Positions 16,263 to 26,768 of a stretch of DNA of 50,504 bases are shown here, one piece after another. How positions within the stretch are numbered: the stretch's first letter is position 1; each line of letters opens with the position of its first letter. Under the pieces are notes generated by a model. That model was not told the origin of the DNA and ran no database searches. It saw only the letters and a list, made by a program, of their open reading frames with translations. The DNA lies in the NCBI GenBank assembly GCA_028864975.1, contig JAGWLG010000027.1, positions 1 to 50,504 of the forward strand. Reading direction: 5' to 3'. The position numbers were made by a program, and so were the translations under genes. This DNA comes from Thermoplasmata archaeon. Lineage in GTDB: Archaea > Thermoplasmatota > Thermoplasmata > Lutacidiplasmatales > UBA184.

Positions 16263-16911
16263 GTTTCTCTTCCTCCTTTTCCGGCAATCCTTCTTGGAAC
16301 AGGGAAGCTTCGACGATGACCGCGGTACGCCGTGGGCTCCGCTCGCCCCGGACGCGCTCGAGCGCGACGGGAAGGTCGTTGAACTCCTCGATGGTGACCG
16401 TGGCCCGCTCTTCCTCCGCCGTGGGCTCTTGACGGTAGCGCGGGCTCCACCGCAGATGGACGGTGCGCATGCCCATCGCCTTCGCTCCCGCCACGTCGTT
16501 GTCGAGCTCGTTCCCGACCATCACGGTCCGGCCAGGCGGGAGCCCGAGCGCCGAGAGGACCGCTTCGAAGGCCAACGGATGCGGCTTCCTCCAACCGATG
16601 TCGGTCGAGGTCACGATCGCCTGGAAGTGCTGGGCGATCCCCAACCGCGAAAGCTCCTGCGCGATGTCGGACCGGGTCGCCTCCCGCGTGTTGGACAGGA
16701 TGGCCATGCGATACTGAGGTTGGATCTCGCCCAACGTCCTGCGCACCCCCGGGAGCAGCGGGTCGTCCGAGAACCAACCCTTCCCCTCGTCCAGCAGCGT
16801 GTCCCCCACATCGAAGATGACCCCTTCGACCGGGTCCGCGGGAGAGGTCGAATGCAGAGGTACCCGGGCCACACGACGCGCCCGCGCTCCCGCCCGAGGA
16901 GCTCTTCCCAT
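16252..16911 (-). CDS. HAD-superfamily hydrolase (IA-like)
   Basis: VIFDVGDTL motif I, AILSN, KPHP, MVGNELDNDVAGAKAMGM. The stop overlaps the MBF1 start. Start uncertain (ORF extends to 16977). Confidence 0.85.
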   Translation of the reverse strand: MGRAPRAGARARRVARVPLHSTSPADPVEGVIFDVGDTLLDEGKGWFSDDPLLPGVRRTLGEIQPQYRMAILSNTREATRSDIAQELSRLGIAQHFQAIVTSTDIGWRKPHPLAFEAVLSALGLPPGRTVMVGNELDNDVAGAKAMGMRTVHLRWSPRYRQEPTAEEERATVTIEEFNDLPVALERVRGERSPRRTAVIVEASLFQEGLPEKEEEKHGL

Positions 16912-17121
16912 CGGTTCCACCCCGGTGCTCGTTCCCTGGACCGCCCGACGGGCGGTCGCCAGGCGCTGACGGACCACTATGGCGCCTTCTTCCCCTGAGG
17001 ACTTCGAGGGCGAATGCTCTAGGCCGTGAGGGGGTATTTACGTTCGCGTTCGGACCGGTCCCTACGATACAAGGGCGACCGGGGTAGGAGAAGTCCCCGT
17101 GCCCTCTCCCCAGCACCCGCC

Positions 17122-20100
17122 CTAGCGCCGTCCCGCTCCGCCGAACGGATTGGGCGCGACCTCGTCGACCGGCCGGTCCTTGGCCGACGCCCTGGCGGGT
17201 GACGGGATCGGGTCGGAAGCGGGCGGTGCGCTCGCGGCCGAAAGGGGAGGCGGGGGAGGAGCCGACGGCGCTCCCGGGGCCGCTTGCGGAGGGTAGAGGG
17301 GGAACGGGGCCGCTCCCGCCGGAGCCATCCCCGGTTCGTGAACGTACCCCGGAGGAGGTGCGTACGCGCCGCCCATGGGAACGGGCGCGTACCCCGCCGC
17401 GGGGTCAGCTCCCTCGGGATACCCCGTCGCGCCTCCCCCCGGTGCCCGTCGCCGGCGAGCGGCCACGACGGCCACCACGATGACCGCGACCAAGGCGAGG
17501 AGGACCAGGAGCAACCAGAGGGGCAGCCCGCCGACGGAGGCCCCGAGCGGATTGTTGCTGGGAGGCGTCCCGGCCGAGCCTACCGTCACCGTGGCCTGCC
17601 CGGTCCCCGAGTGGCCTTGGGAGTCGTTCACCCACACCACCGCCACGTAGGTCCCCGCGTTGGCGTAGGTGTGGCTCAGGCTCGCTCCCGTTCCCGTCTC
17701 GCCATCGTCGAAGCGCCAGACATAGGAGATTGTCCCTGACCCACCGGTCTCGCTTGCCGTGAACGCGACCGAGAGCGGGGCCGCGCCGGAGCTGGGAGTG
17801 GCCGACGCTTGGACGGTGATGCCTCCGCTGGACCCCGAGGTCACCGTGTAGCTCGCCGAGGCTGCGCTCGCGGTGAGACCGTTCGCGTCTGTGGCCACGA
17901 CGGAGACCGTGAAGGTCCCCGCGGCGGTCGGAGTGCAGGCGTCGGTCGTCGTGGTGGAGGCGGCGCATCCGAACGTGGACAAGGATGCGCTCCAGGCATA
18001 CCCCGAGCTCGAAGAGATCCCGGCCCCAGAGCTCGTGACCTGGGCGGTGAAGGTCACCGTTCCCCCCACCCCGACGCTGGCGGGGGAAGGGGTCGGGGCC
18101 GACATGGCGGGGTCGGCGTCGACGGTGTAGGAAAGCGCGGCCGACGTCCCGCGCCCTCCGTTCGAGTCCGCCACGGTCGCAGAGACCGAGTAGGCCCCCG
18201 AGGAGGTGGGGCTGCAGGTGAGCGTGGTCCCGCTCGAAGCACCGCAGTTGAGCCCGCTCGACGGGGAAGCGGTCCAGCTGAAGGCGTCACCGCCCGAACC
18301 GACCACCGTCGCGGAGGTCGTGAAGGTGACCGACTGCCCCACGTCGACGCTCGACGGCACGGCGGTGGGCGTGGCCGCCGCAGGGTCCGCGTCGACGGTG
18401 TACGTCGAGCTCGCCGGGGCGCTCGACGTTCCCGATGAGTCGGCGACCGTGACCGACACCGTGTACGCGGCGTTCGCGGCCGAGGGCATGCATGTGAGAC
18501 TGCTCCCCGTGCCGCCTCCACATCCGAGCCCCGCGGGAGAGGTCGTCCACGTGAAGACGTAGCCGGTCCCGGTCCCGCCGCTCGCCGACGTGGAGAAGGT
18601 GACCGACTGTCCGACGTCCGCGCTGCTCCTCGACGGGGAAGGGGCCGTCACCGATGGGGCGTTGCCCGAGACCACAGCGACTGCCGAGGAGGTGTTGGAC
18701 CCCGTGCCTCCGTTCGAGTCCGTGTTCGTCGCGGTAGCCGTGTAGCTTCCCACCGCCGTGGGGGTACACGTGAAGGTGGTGGTCGTGGAGCCCGTGCATC
18801 CGGCCGTCGAGGAAGGAGAGGCGGCCCAGGAGTAGGTGTCGCTGCCCGACCCCACGAGCCCGGGGCTGGTCGTGAAGGTGACCGAGCTTCCCAGGGTGAT
18901 CGAGCTCGCAGAGGGTGCGGGCACGGCGACGGTGGGGTCGGGATAGACCGGGAAGGACGACGAGGTCGCGGGAGAGGAGGTGTGTCCGGCGCTGTCCTTC
19001 ACGGTGACCGAGACCGTGTAAGGACCGGCCGCCGAGGCCGAACACGTGGTGGTCCCCGTGGTCGTGGTGGCAGTGCAACCGAGCCCGGTCGAGGGGGAGG
19101 CCGTCCAGGCGTAGGAGGCGTAGGAGCCGCTGCCGCCCGAAGCGCTCGTCGTGAAGCTCACGCTCTGGCCCACGTCGATGCTCGACTTGGAGGCCGAGGG
19201 GGCCGTGACGCTGGGGTTCCCACCCCCACCCCCGGAGGAACCCGCGACGTGGACCATCACGCCGTTCGAGCTCCCTGAGTTCGCGCCTTGCGTGACCGTG
19301 ACCGTGGCCCAGTAGATGCCCGGTGTGGTGTAGGCGTGGCTTGTCCAGGCCAGCGAGGTCGTGGCCGACCCGCCGTCCCCAAAGGTCCACGCGTAGGAGT
19401 ATCCCGTGAGCGGGGACGAACCTCCCGTGACGTCCGCCCCGAAGTCCACCGACAGCGAGGCGGGTCCGTAAGTGACGTTCGCGGCCAGGTAGGCCGTGAG
19501 CGCCCCGAAGGCGGCGCTGTTCCCGTTCTGCTGGGCGAGGAACATGGCGAGCTTCCCGACGTCCGCGCTCCCCAGTCCCGTCACCGGGTCCCATCCGACC
19601 GTCGCCGTGTACCCGAATCCGGGGGGAGAGGTCCCGTGGATGTTGTTCCCGACGACGACGTCGTGCATCGCCGTGCCGTAGTTCGAGCCCTTGGCGATCG
19701 TGTAGAGGTTGTAGTTGGCCATCCCCTGAGCTTTCGGGGTGGAGCTATTGTACTGCCACATCAGGTCGAGCATGGCCGTGTAGGCCGGGCAGGCGAGCGA
19801 GGTCCCGGCGGAGAGGGTCACTCCCCCGGTGTAGATCATCCAGAACCAGGTGCCACCGATCGCCGAGACGTCAGGCACGCCCCGCTTCGTCCCGGAGAAC
19901 CCCGTCATCCCGGTCTGGTACCAGGGGGCGGCCACGGAGGAGTACCCTCCGGTCGAACCCTCGTTGTTCCCGCACGAGGGCTGGAACGTACCGTTCCAGG
20001 CGAACTCCCTGAGGAAGATCCCGCTCGGCTGCGGATACACGTCCGTCCCTCCGACACCGACCCCGGTCGGAAAGTCCGCGGGCTCGTCCCGGCTTCCCGA

Positions 20101-21558
20101 CGTGAACGCCCCGCAGTCGCCGCTCGAGGCCTGGTAGCTTTCCCCCTGGCTCGCCGCGGTGGTCCAACAGGAGTTCGAGACCGTGCCCCCTCCCCAGCTG
20201 TTCGAGGCGAGGTAGACACCGTTCGAGAGCGTGTTCCACGTGCAGTCCCCTTCTTGGATCGTGGCGTCCGCGAGGTCGACCACGATGGTCGCGTTGGGGG
20301 CGCTGGCGTGGGCCGCTTCCATGTCGAGCAGGGTCTCGCCCGACCAGCCCGAGGACCCCCCGATGCAGCTCGAGGCCCCGGTCCCGATCAGGCTCAAGGA
20401 GGGAGCGGGGAGCCCCATGTCCGTCGAGTACGTCCCCAGGTCGCTTGCGTAGCTGGAGTAACTGGGGTCGCACAGCTCGTCCAGACCGATCTTCGTCCCT
20501 TGCCCCGAGTCGCCCAGCCGCAGGAGCGTCGAGACGTCGTAGTACCGCTGGAGGGTGGTCGGCGACGCACCCGGGACGAGCCCGACATCGTAGCTCGCGC
20601 TGCCCGAGGCGCTGTCGTTGACGAAGACGGTCACGTTCCCGCAGACGACGCTGTAGCAGTAGTCGGCCTGTCCGGGCTGGTAGTAGCTGTGGAAGTTGGC
20701 GAGGCTCGAGGCGCTCGTCACGAAGTTCTGGACGGTCCCGTCGTACCAGTGCCAGCTCACCTTGTAGGGAGCGGTGCCACCCGAAAGCGTGAGCGTCCAG
20801 GTCGCGTTGAGGTTGGTCGGGGGGAAGGCGACGGCGAAGTTCTTCGGTTGGTAGTTGATGATGTACGGGCTGGTCATGTTGACCGTGAGCGCTGCGGACG
20901 GGGTTCCCCCGGGCGCAGGGTCTCCTCCCTCGAAGTGGGGAGCCCGAACAAGGTCCGTGGGCTTCGGAGGTTCGACCGTCTGGAAGCCACCGGACACGCT
21001 CGTGAAACCGCGGAACTCCGCGGGCAACGAGAGCGCCGTCTCGGGGGCGTAGCCGACGTGCCCTCCTGAGGTGGCCTGGACGAAGGAGGTCCCGAAGGCG
21101 CTGCCCATGTCGCGCGCCGTCCCGACCAGGTTCCACAGGTAGACGCTGGTCGGGGTCACCTGGATCCCCTGCGAGGTGAGGTAGGAGAGGAGCGCGTCCT
21201 GGAGCTGGGCGTTCGGGGCGAAGCGCGACTCGAACTGTCCATCGGTGAGGAAGTGGTGGTACTCCGGACCGCCGGGAGTGTACAAGGCGTTGAGAAGGGC
21301 GCTCTGTCCTTGCTCATCGGGAGCCTGGAAGCTGAGCCCACCGGAGAGGAGCGTCCCCGCCGGGAGCGGTCCCAACACGTGCATCCCCTGGAGCCCCGAG
21401 AGGCCCACGGTGATCGGGCGGAGCGACCCGAAGCCGCTCGGAGCGGCCAGCGAACTGCGCGCCGCCGTCGCGGGGGAAATGACCCCGGGCGCGACGAATC
21501 CCAGGAGGGCCACGGTCGTCAGAAGGCAGACAGCCAACCACCAGCGTCGTTCGGTCAT
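17122..21558 (-). CDS. Membrane-anchored S53 (sedolisin/kumamolisin) peptidase with PKD/Ig-like repeats
   Basis: Signal peptide, pro-domain (FLTDGQFESRFAP), catalytic GETLLDMEAAH (E/D), SSGDCG (D), AGTSLACP (S), GWDPVTGLGS. PKD domains, five ~90-aa Cys-pair repeats, C-terminal TM and Pro-rich tail. Confidence 0.92.
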   Translation of the reverse strand: MTERRWWLAVCLLTTVALLGFVAPGVISPATAARSSLAAPSGFGSLRPITVGLSGLQGMHVLGPLPAGTLLSGGLSFQAPDEQGQSALLNALYTPGGPEYHHFLTDGQFESRFAPNAQLQDALLSYLTSQGIQVTPTSVYLWNLVGTARDMGSAFGTSFVQATSGGHVGYAPETALSLPAEFRGFTSVSGGFQTVEPPKPTDLVRAPHFEGGDPAPGGTPSAALTVNMTSPYIINYQPKNFAVAFPPTNLNATWTLTLSGGTAPYKVSWHWYDGTVQNFVTSASSLANFHSYYQPGQADYCYSVVCGNVTVFVNDSASGSASYDVGLVPGASPTTLQRYYDVSTLLRLGDSGQGTKIGLDELCDPSYSSYASDLGTYSTDMGLPAPSLSLIGTGASSCIGGSSGWSGETLLDMEAAHASAPNATIVVDLADATIQEGDCTWNTLSNGVYLASNSWGGGTVSNSCWTTAASQGESYQASSGDCGAFTSGSRDEPADFPTGVGVGGTDVYPQPSGIFLREFAWNGTFQPSCGNNEGSTGGYSSVAAPWYQTGMTGFSGTKRGVPDVSAIGGTWFWMIYTGGVTLSAGTSLACPAYTAMLDLMWQYNSSTPKAQGMANYNLYTIAKGSNYGTAMHDVVVGNNIHGTSPPGFGYTATVGWDPVTGLGSADVGKLAMFLAQQNGNSAAFGALTAYLAANVTYGPASLSVDFGADVTGGSSPLTGYSYAWTFGDGGSATTSLAWTSHAYTTPGIYWATVTVTQGANSGSSNGVMVHVAGSSGGGGGNPSVTAPSASKSSIDVGQSVSFTTSASGGSGSYASYAWTASPSTGLGCTATTTTGTTTCSASAAGPYTVSVTVKDSAGHTSSPATSSSFPVYPDPTVAVPAPSASSITLGSSVTFTTSPGLVGSGSDTYSWAASPSSTAGCTGSTTTTFTCTPTAVGSYTATATNTDSNGGTGSNTSSAVAVVSGNAPSVTAPSPSRSSADVGQSVTFSTSASGGTGTGYVFTWTTSPAGLGCGGGTGSSLTCMPSAANAAYTVSVTVADSSGTSSAPASSTYTVDADPAAATPTAVPSSVDVGQSVTFTTSATVVGSGGDAFSWTASPSSGLNCGASSGTTLTCSPTSSGAYSVSATVADSNGGRGTSAALSYTVDADPAMSAPTPSPASVGVGGTVTFTAQVTSSGAGISSSSGYAWSASLSTFGCAASTTTTDACTPTAAGTFTVSVVATDANGLTASAASASYTVTSGSSGGITVQASATPSSGAAPLSVAFTASETGGSGTISYVWRFDDGETGTGASLSHTYANAGTYVAVVWVNDSQGHSGTGQATVTVGSAGTPPSNNPLGASVGGLPLWLLLVLLALVAVIVVAVVAARRRRAPGGGATGYPEGADPAAGYAPVPMGGAYAPPPGYVHEPGMAPAGAAPFPLYPPQAAPGAPSAPPPPPLSAASAPPASDPIPSPARASAKDRPVDEVAPNPFGGAGRR

Positions 21559-21776
21559 GGGTGCAATGACCGCAGCAAGGAAGCTCTCGGTCCAAGAGCG
21601 CGACCTTCGCGGCCTATCTAACCGTTCTGCAGCATCGAACTCTCCCGTTGACGATAGGGGGGACCGAACCGGCGCGGGGCTCACGTCGGTCCATGCTCGC
21701 GTAGCCGAACACATCGCGCGGTCCGCGTGCGACGCGGGTGACCCCTTATGAGGGCGAAGGGTCGTGGTGCCGAAGC

Positions 21777-22652
21777 ATGCCGATGCCACGGGCCTACGCC
21801 TGGCTCAAGGAAGGGGAGACCTGTCGCTACTGTATCGGGTCCGGTGCCGCCCTCGGCGGACGGTGCAAGCATTGCGCGGGGCTGGGCAAGACCTTCGAAG
21901 GCAAACCTCGCGCGCCTTGTGAGGGCTGCGACGGTCAGGGGAAGGTCAAGACTGGCGAGCCTTGCGAGGCGTGCGGGTCCAAGGGTTGGCAGGACTTCGA
22001 GTCCCGGCCCACGATCGCGTGCCGGTTCTGCATGGGGAGCGGCAACACCGTCGGGGGGACCTGCAAGCACTGCGAAGGCCAGGGTCGGCTGGAGCTGGAC
22101 GGCGACGGGAACGTCATTGACCTGCTCTTGACGGCGAAGGCCCGGGAACAGAAATGCCCGGAATGCAACGGCATGGGGTTCCGCGCCCGAGGCGCGGGGT
22201 GCGACACCTGCGGTGGGACCGGCAAGAGGATCCTCACCGCTGCCCAGTACGCGGCGATGCTGAAGGCCCAGGGAGGAACGGGGGCCCCCAAGCCCGCCGC
22301 CTCCAAGACGGTCGTGGCCGAGGCCCCGCCGATCAGCCAGGGGAACCCGCTCGCCCAGTCAAAGTTCGGGGCGGCCAAGTTCTGCATGCGCTGCGGCTCG
22401 GGCATCAAGCCCGGCCTCGACGCCTGCAGCAAGTGCGGTCAGCCCGTGAACGCTCCCACGCCCGAAGCGGCCAGGATCCACTCGGTGCACGGCGGCGGAG
22501 CCGCCGGGGGTGCGGCCAGCGCCACGGCCCCGAACCCCGCGAAGGCGATGTTCGCTCCACCGGTCTACTGCAAGGGATGCGGCACGGCGATGAAAGCGGG
22601 AACGCCGAGCTGCCCCAAGTGTGGCAAGCCGGCTCCGGCTCCCGCCGCCTGA
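21777..22652 (+). CDS. Protein with eight DnaJ-type CxxCxGxG repeats plus two Zn ribbons, no J domain
   Basis: CRYCIGSG, CKHCAGLG, CEGCDGQG, CEACGSKG, CRFCMGSG, CKHCEGQG, CPECNGMG, CDTCGGTG, then CMRCG..CSKCG and CKGCG..CPKCG. No HPD motif. Confidence 0.85.
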   Translation: MPMPRAYAWLKEGETCRYCIGSGAALGGRCKHCAGLGKTFEGKPRAPCEGCDGQGKVKTGEPCEACGSKGWQDFESRPTIACRFCMGSGNTVGGTCKHCEGQGRLELDGDGNVIDLLLTAKAREQKCPECNGMGFRARGAGCDTCGGTGKRILTAAQYAAMLKAQGGTGAPKPAASKTVVAEAPPISQGNPLAQSKFGAAKFCMRCGSGIKPGLDACSKCGQPVNAPTPEAARIHSVHGGGAAGGAASATAPNPAKAMFAPPVYCKGCGTAMKAGTPSCPKCGKPAPAPAA

Positions 22653-22721
22653 ACGGGGACGGGAGCGACGGGCGATCCCTCCGCTGAGAGGGTCTCCTTG
22701 CGCTTTCTCTCGCCCCGTCGC

Positions 22722-25700
22722 CTATCGCCCTGCGGGTCCCAGAGGCGACCCGGCGTGGTCGGTTTCGGATCGCGCGCCCCCGGTCGGGGCCGACCCGCGC
22801 GCGGTTTCTGCAGTTCGAGGGAGGCTCGGGGATTCGGGCGGAGCGCGTTCCCTCCGGTACGCGAGCAGCACGACGGCGAGCGCGACGCCAAGCCCCACGA
22901 CGGCGATGACCAGGACCCCTTCGGTGAGCGCGCTCGCGTTCCATCCAAGGCATCGTGTGCTGCCCCCTCCGCAAGGAGTGGAGGAGGGGGGTGGAGGGGT
23001 CGTGTTTGTTCCCTGGCAGCAGGGCACGACGCTCAGCGTGAAGTTCGTCTGCGTGAAATTGTAGACGAACCCGACGGCCTGGACATTGACCGGGACCGAG
23101 GCCTCGTAGTCAGGCGCGGTGTAGGCGAAGGTCAGGTTCCCGCTGGCGTTGGTCCAGCCAAAGACCGAGTTCCCCTTCGCCTGCGAGGGGTTCCCGATGG
23201 ACGGGCTCACGAGCATGAACACTCGGGTGAGCGGCGTGCCGAAGATCTTCGAGGAGGCCCGCACCGTGAGATTCCCGGACTGACCCGGGGCGAAGACCGT
23301 GGGGTTGGGAGAGAAGGAGAGGCTGAGCGGCCCGCGGCCCCCCTTGACCTCAAGGAGCGCGGCGGTACTGCCGTTCGACCACGTCGCGCCGGACGAGACG
23401 TTGACGACGAGGATGTCCCCCGTCGCCGCGGGAGTGATGAGCGTCGAGAAGAGCCCCGAGAAGAGGTTGGCCCCGGTCGCCCTCCAGTGGCTCAGGACCC
23501 CGTAGGGCTCCGAGCTCAAGGTCACGTTCGCCGCCTGCACCGGCAGTGGACCTCCCCCCGACCCGGGCGCTACCTCGACCGTCACTCCGACGGTGCCCAT
23601 GCTCACCACCTCGCTGGGGGAGACCGTGAGCGAGGCGACAGCAGCTTGCGGCACGCCCCTGGGTACGATCGGAAGGAGGAAGCGGAAGGGGGCGGCGGTG
23701 AACCCGGGGAGCGAAAGCGTGACCGTGAAGACCGCGTCCGTGGCCGAGGTCGAGTTCGGCACCTGCCAGGTCGTCGCGAAGTACCCGGACGGGTCCATGG
23801 TGCCCGAGAGGGAGCCCGTGGCGCCCCCCGAGATCCCGACGAGCACCGAGGCGTTGGAGGCGAAGGCCCCACGGTAGATCTTGAGACCCCCGATCACCAC
23901 GGCTTCCGAGCTCCCTGCGGTCGCGGGGGACTGTCCGAACCTGACCCAGGGGGTCAACGACGGCCCCGTGGTGGGGTCGACCAGCAGGAGGGCCTCTCCC
24001 AGCCCCACCGAGTAGCCCGGGGCGGAGGCGTTCGCGAAGAGCCCGAAGACCAACGTCCGGTTCGTGGCCGGTGCCGTATAGTTCGCCCACAGCACACCGT
24101 TCGCCCCCGTGGTGCCGACCGACGGGCTCACCGAACCGACCCTCGGAGCGAGGGCCACCGTGGCTCCCGCGACGGGGAGCCCGTTGTAGGTCGCAGCGAT
24201 CCGAACCTCCGTGGTCCCCCCGCCCATGAGCCGGGGCGAGGTCGGCACGAGGTCATCGACGATCGTGCGCGGGACGCTCGGGCACGCGGGCGGTCCTCCC
24301 CCGACCACGACACACAGGGTGGTGCTCCCTCCCCGCATCGTGGAGGAGGAGTCATTGGCCACGACCCCCACGAGGTAGGACCCGTTGCGGGCGTACACGT
24401 GCTGGATGCGGGGGCCGTCCTCCGTCCAGGAGTTCTCGTAGGTGCCGTCGCCGAAGAAGTAGCTGAAGCGATAGGGCCCGATCCCCCTTGCCGCGACCGC
24501 CGTGATCGTGGTCAGCCCTCCGGCGGGACCCGCCGTCGCGTTCGCAGCGACCTCGAGCGGCCCCCCGTTGTCGACGTTGATCGCCACCGGCAGGCTCATC
24601 GTCGTGTTGCCCGCGGTATCGAAGGCCGTGGAGAACGCCGTGAAGGTCCCGTTCATCGGGGTCGAAAGGTTCCAGGCCGCGTCCGCCGGGTAGAGGTACG
24701 AGGAGGTGTTGAGCACCGAGGTCGAGGCGTTCGACTCCTGGTAGGGCGGGGCGGTGTCGCCGTAGTAGAACGTGTAGCTCGAGGCCGTCCGCCCCGTCGG
24801 AAGGGCTCCCATCTGGAACGACACAGGAAGAGGCGCGATGCCGGCCTGGGGCTCCACAGAGAGGAGCGTGGTCCCGGGCGTGGGCGGACCGTAGCCTCGC
24901 GAGCTCCCGCTGGTCAGGTCGAGGTAGAGCTGACGGAAGTTCGGCGTACCGATCCCCGTCAGCGGGTCCCAACCCGCTCCCGCGGTATACCCGTTCCATC
25001 CGGTCTTGACATCGTGGAAGTCCGCCGCATAGCGGGAGGACCGGAGGATCCCGTAGAGCGATGGGCCGAGGAACCCTGCTCCGGCGGCCCGGGGCGAGCT
25101 GGCGCCTCCCTTCAGCAGGGCGTCCATCCCGGCCCACTGCGGGGCCGCGTCGCTCGTACCGGCGACGTACTGGGCCCCCCCTTGGTAGATGATCCCCAGC
25201 GGGTCCTGGGAAGCGGCGACGAGCGAGACGTCCGGCACCCCCCGGGTGGTGTTCGTGAAGCGTGAGAAGCCCGGCCCCGCCTGCCAGCCCGGCCGTGGGA
25301 GCATCGAGAAGCCTCCGCCGCTCCCTCCGCCATTGAGGCAGAAGCTCGAGGTCCCGTCCCACGCGGTCTCGTTGGCGTAAGCGCCCGAGGAGGTCAGGTT
25401 GAGCGCCGTCCCTCCCACTCCGATGGCGTGGGGGTCCGAGGCGGGGTACCAAGGAGCGTACTGGAGCGTCCCACCGTTCGCCCCGCAGTCCCCCGAGGCG
25501 ACGAAGACGTTCATCCCTTCGGCGGCCGCGCTCTGGATCACGGGCGCCATGGCCGCGAAGGTACCGTCGGAGGAAGCATTGCACTCAAAGTTGCACGGCC
25601 CGAAGTCGTACACCCCGGACTCGGGCTCGCCCCAGGAGAGCGAGATGGCGTCCACGCTCTGCGTGGCCACGAGCCAGGAGACCCCGTAGTAGAGGCCGTA

Positions 25701-26768
25701 GGCGTTGTTCGGCGAGAGCACGAGCGTGATCGAGGCGTTGGGCGCGGTCGCGTGGGCCCACTGGACATCGAGCGCGATCTCGACCCCCCATCCCGAGCTC
25801 GTGCTGTTGTTGAGCCCGGAGGGTCCAGCCATGGGCCATGCGATCGTCGCGTTCTTCGTCGGGAGCCCGTAGCACGAGGAGAAGGAAGCCAGGTCCTGCT
25901 CGATGCGCCACGGCTTCTCCTGGGTGTCGTAGGCATCGACGATCCCGATCCGCTCGCCCTGACCCCCATTCCCCGAGGCGAGCACGGGGGTGATGTTGTA
26001 GGCGTTCTGCACCGTCGAAGGCGTGAGCTCCGCGTTCGGGCAGCCGGAAGAGGTCGTGGAAGGGCGGGAGCTCGACGCCCCCTGGGAGAGAGAGGTTCCG
26101 ACGTCGGTCAGGAGCGGGCGAGCGCTCCCTGCGGCGTCAGGGGAGGCCAGCGACGCTACCGGGAGATCCCTCGGGAGGCGGGGCGGGCTCGTGTAGGCCA
26201 GGTGGCGGGGGGCGGCATAGTCGGCCGCCGCGGTGCCTCCCTTGGTGGCGGGGATGGGGCTCGCGCTGTAGGACACCAGCGAGGTGTCAAAGGCCTTGGA
26301 GAAGGCTTCGGCGGTCCCATTGACCTCCCAGATCCAACCGTTCGGAGGTGCCTGCACGCGGAGCCCGTTCCCTTCGAGCCAGGCGTGGAGGGCGCTCACC
26401 GAGTCGGGAGTGGGGCCGAACTCCTTCTGCACCTGGGACGCCGTGAGCGGCGTGCCACCGACCGAGGCGAGGCTGGCGAGCCCTTGAGGGTCCTTCGGCG
26501 CCAGCGTGAGCGTGGTCTCCACCCAGCTCCCGGAGGCGACGGGTACGGGATCGTGGAAGGGTCCCAGAACGCTCGGGGCTCCCAACGCTGCCGGCGCTTC
26601 GATGGCTCGCAGATCGGAGGGGGGGAGGGGGCCGCCCAAGCCTCCCGGGGCCGAGATAGCGGTCCCCGTGGGGAGCTCAAGCAGGAGGGTGGCCAGGGCG
26701 AGGAGCACCACGGCGGCCCTCGCCGCTCCCCGGCGCGGGGGACCGCATCTTCTACGAGCTCCTCGCAT
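22722..26768 (-). CDS. Second membrane-anchored S53 peptidase with PKD/Ig-like domains
   Basis: Signal peptide, pro-domain (LTASQVQKEFGP), GVEIALDVQWAH, ASGDCG, AGTSDAAPQW, GWDPLTGIGTP, C-terminal TM plus RRER. ATG 26768. Confidence 0.92.
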   Translation of the reverse strand: MRGARRRCGPPRRGAARAAVVLLALATLLLELPTGTAISAPGGLGGPLPPSDLRAIEAPAALGAPSVLGPFHDPVPVASGSWVETTLTLAPKDPQGLASLASVGGTPLTASQVQKEFGPTPDSVSALHAWLEGNGLRVQAPPNGWIWEVNGTAEAFSKAFDTSLVSYSASPIPATKGGTAAADYAAPRHLAYTSPPRLPRDLPVASLASPDAAGSARPLLTDVGTSLSQGASSSRPSTTSSGCPNAELTPSTVQNAYNITPVLASGNGGQGERIGIVDAYDTQEKPWRIEQDLASFSSCYGLPTKNATIAWPMAGPSGLNNSTSSGWGVEIALDVQWAHATAPNASITLVLSPNNAYGLYYGVSWLVATQSVDAISLSWGEPESGVYDFGPCNFECNASSDGTFAAMAPVIQSAAAEGMNVFVASGDCGANGGTLQYAPWYPASDPHAIGVGGTALNLTSSGAYANETAWDGTSSFCLNGGGSGGGFSMLPRPGWQAGPGFSRFTNTTRGVPDVSLVAASQDPLGIIYQGGAQYVAGTSDAAPQWAGMDALLKGGASSPRAAGAGFLGPSLYGILRSSRYAADFHDVKTGWNGYTAGAGWDPLTGIGTPNFRQLYLDLTSGSSRGYGPPTPGTTLLSVEPQAGIAPLPVSFQMGALPTGRTASSYTFYYGDTAPPYQESNASTSVLNTSSYLYPADAAWNLSTPMNGTFTAFSTAFDTAGNTTMSLPVAINVDNGGPLEVAANATAGPAGGLTTITAVAARGIGPYRFSYFFGDGTYENSWTEDGPRIQHVYARNGSYLVGVVANDSSSTMRGGSTTLCVVVGGGPPACPSVPRTIVDDLVPTSPRLMGGGTTEVRIAATYNGLPVAGATVALAPRVGSVSPSVGTTGANGVLWANYTAPATNRTLVFGLFANASAPGYSVGLGEALLLVDPTTGPSLTPWVRFGQSPATAGSSEAVVIGGLKIYRGAFASNASVLVGISGGATGSLSGTMDPSGYFATTWQVPNSTSATDAVFTVTLSLPGFTAAPFRFLLPIVPRGVPQAAVASLTVSPSEVVSMGTVGVTVEVAPGSGGGPLPVQAANVTLSSEPYGVLSHWRATGANLFSGLFSTLITPAATGDILVVNVSSGATWSNGSTAALLEVKGGRGPLSLSFSPNPTVFAPGQSGNLTVRASSKIFGTPLTRVFMLVSPSIGNPSQAKGNSVFGWTNASGNLTFAYTAPDYEASVPVNVQAVGFVYNFTQTNFTLSVVPCCQGTNTTPPPPSSTPCGGGSTRCLGWNASALTEGVLVIAVVGLGVALAVVLLAYRRERAPPESPSLPRTAETARGSAPTGGARSETDHAGSPLGPAGR

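Noticed and set aside
17700-19300. Periodic DNA similarity suggesting a repeat array
   Set aside because: Explained by protein-level Ig/PKD repeats inside the S53 CDS. There are no constant repeats with unique spacers, so no CRISPR array.
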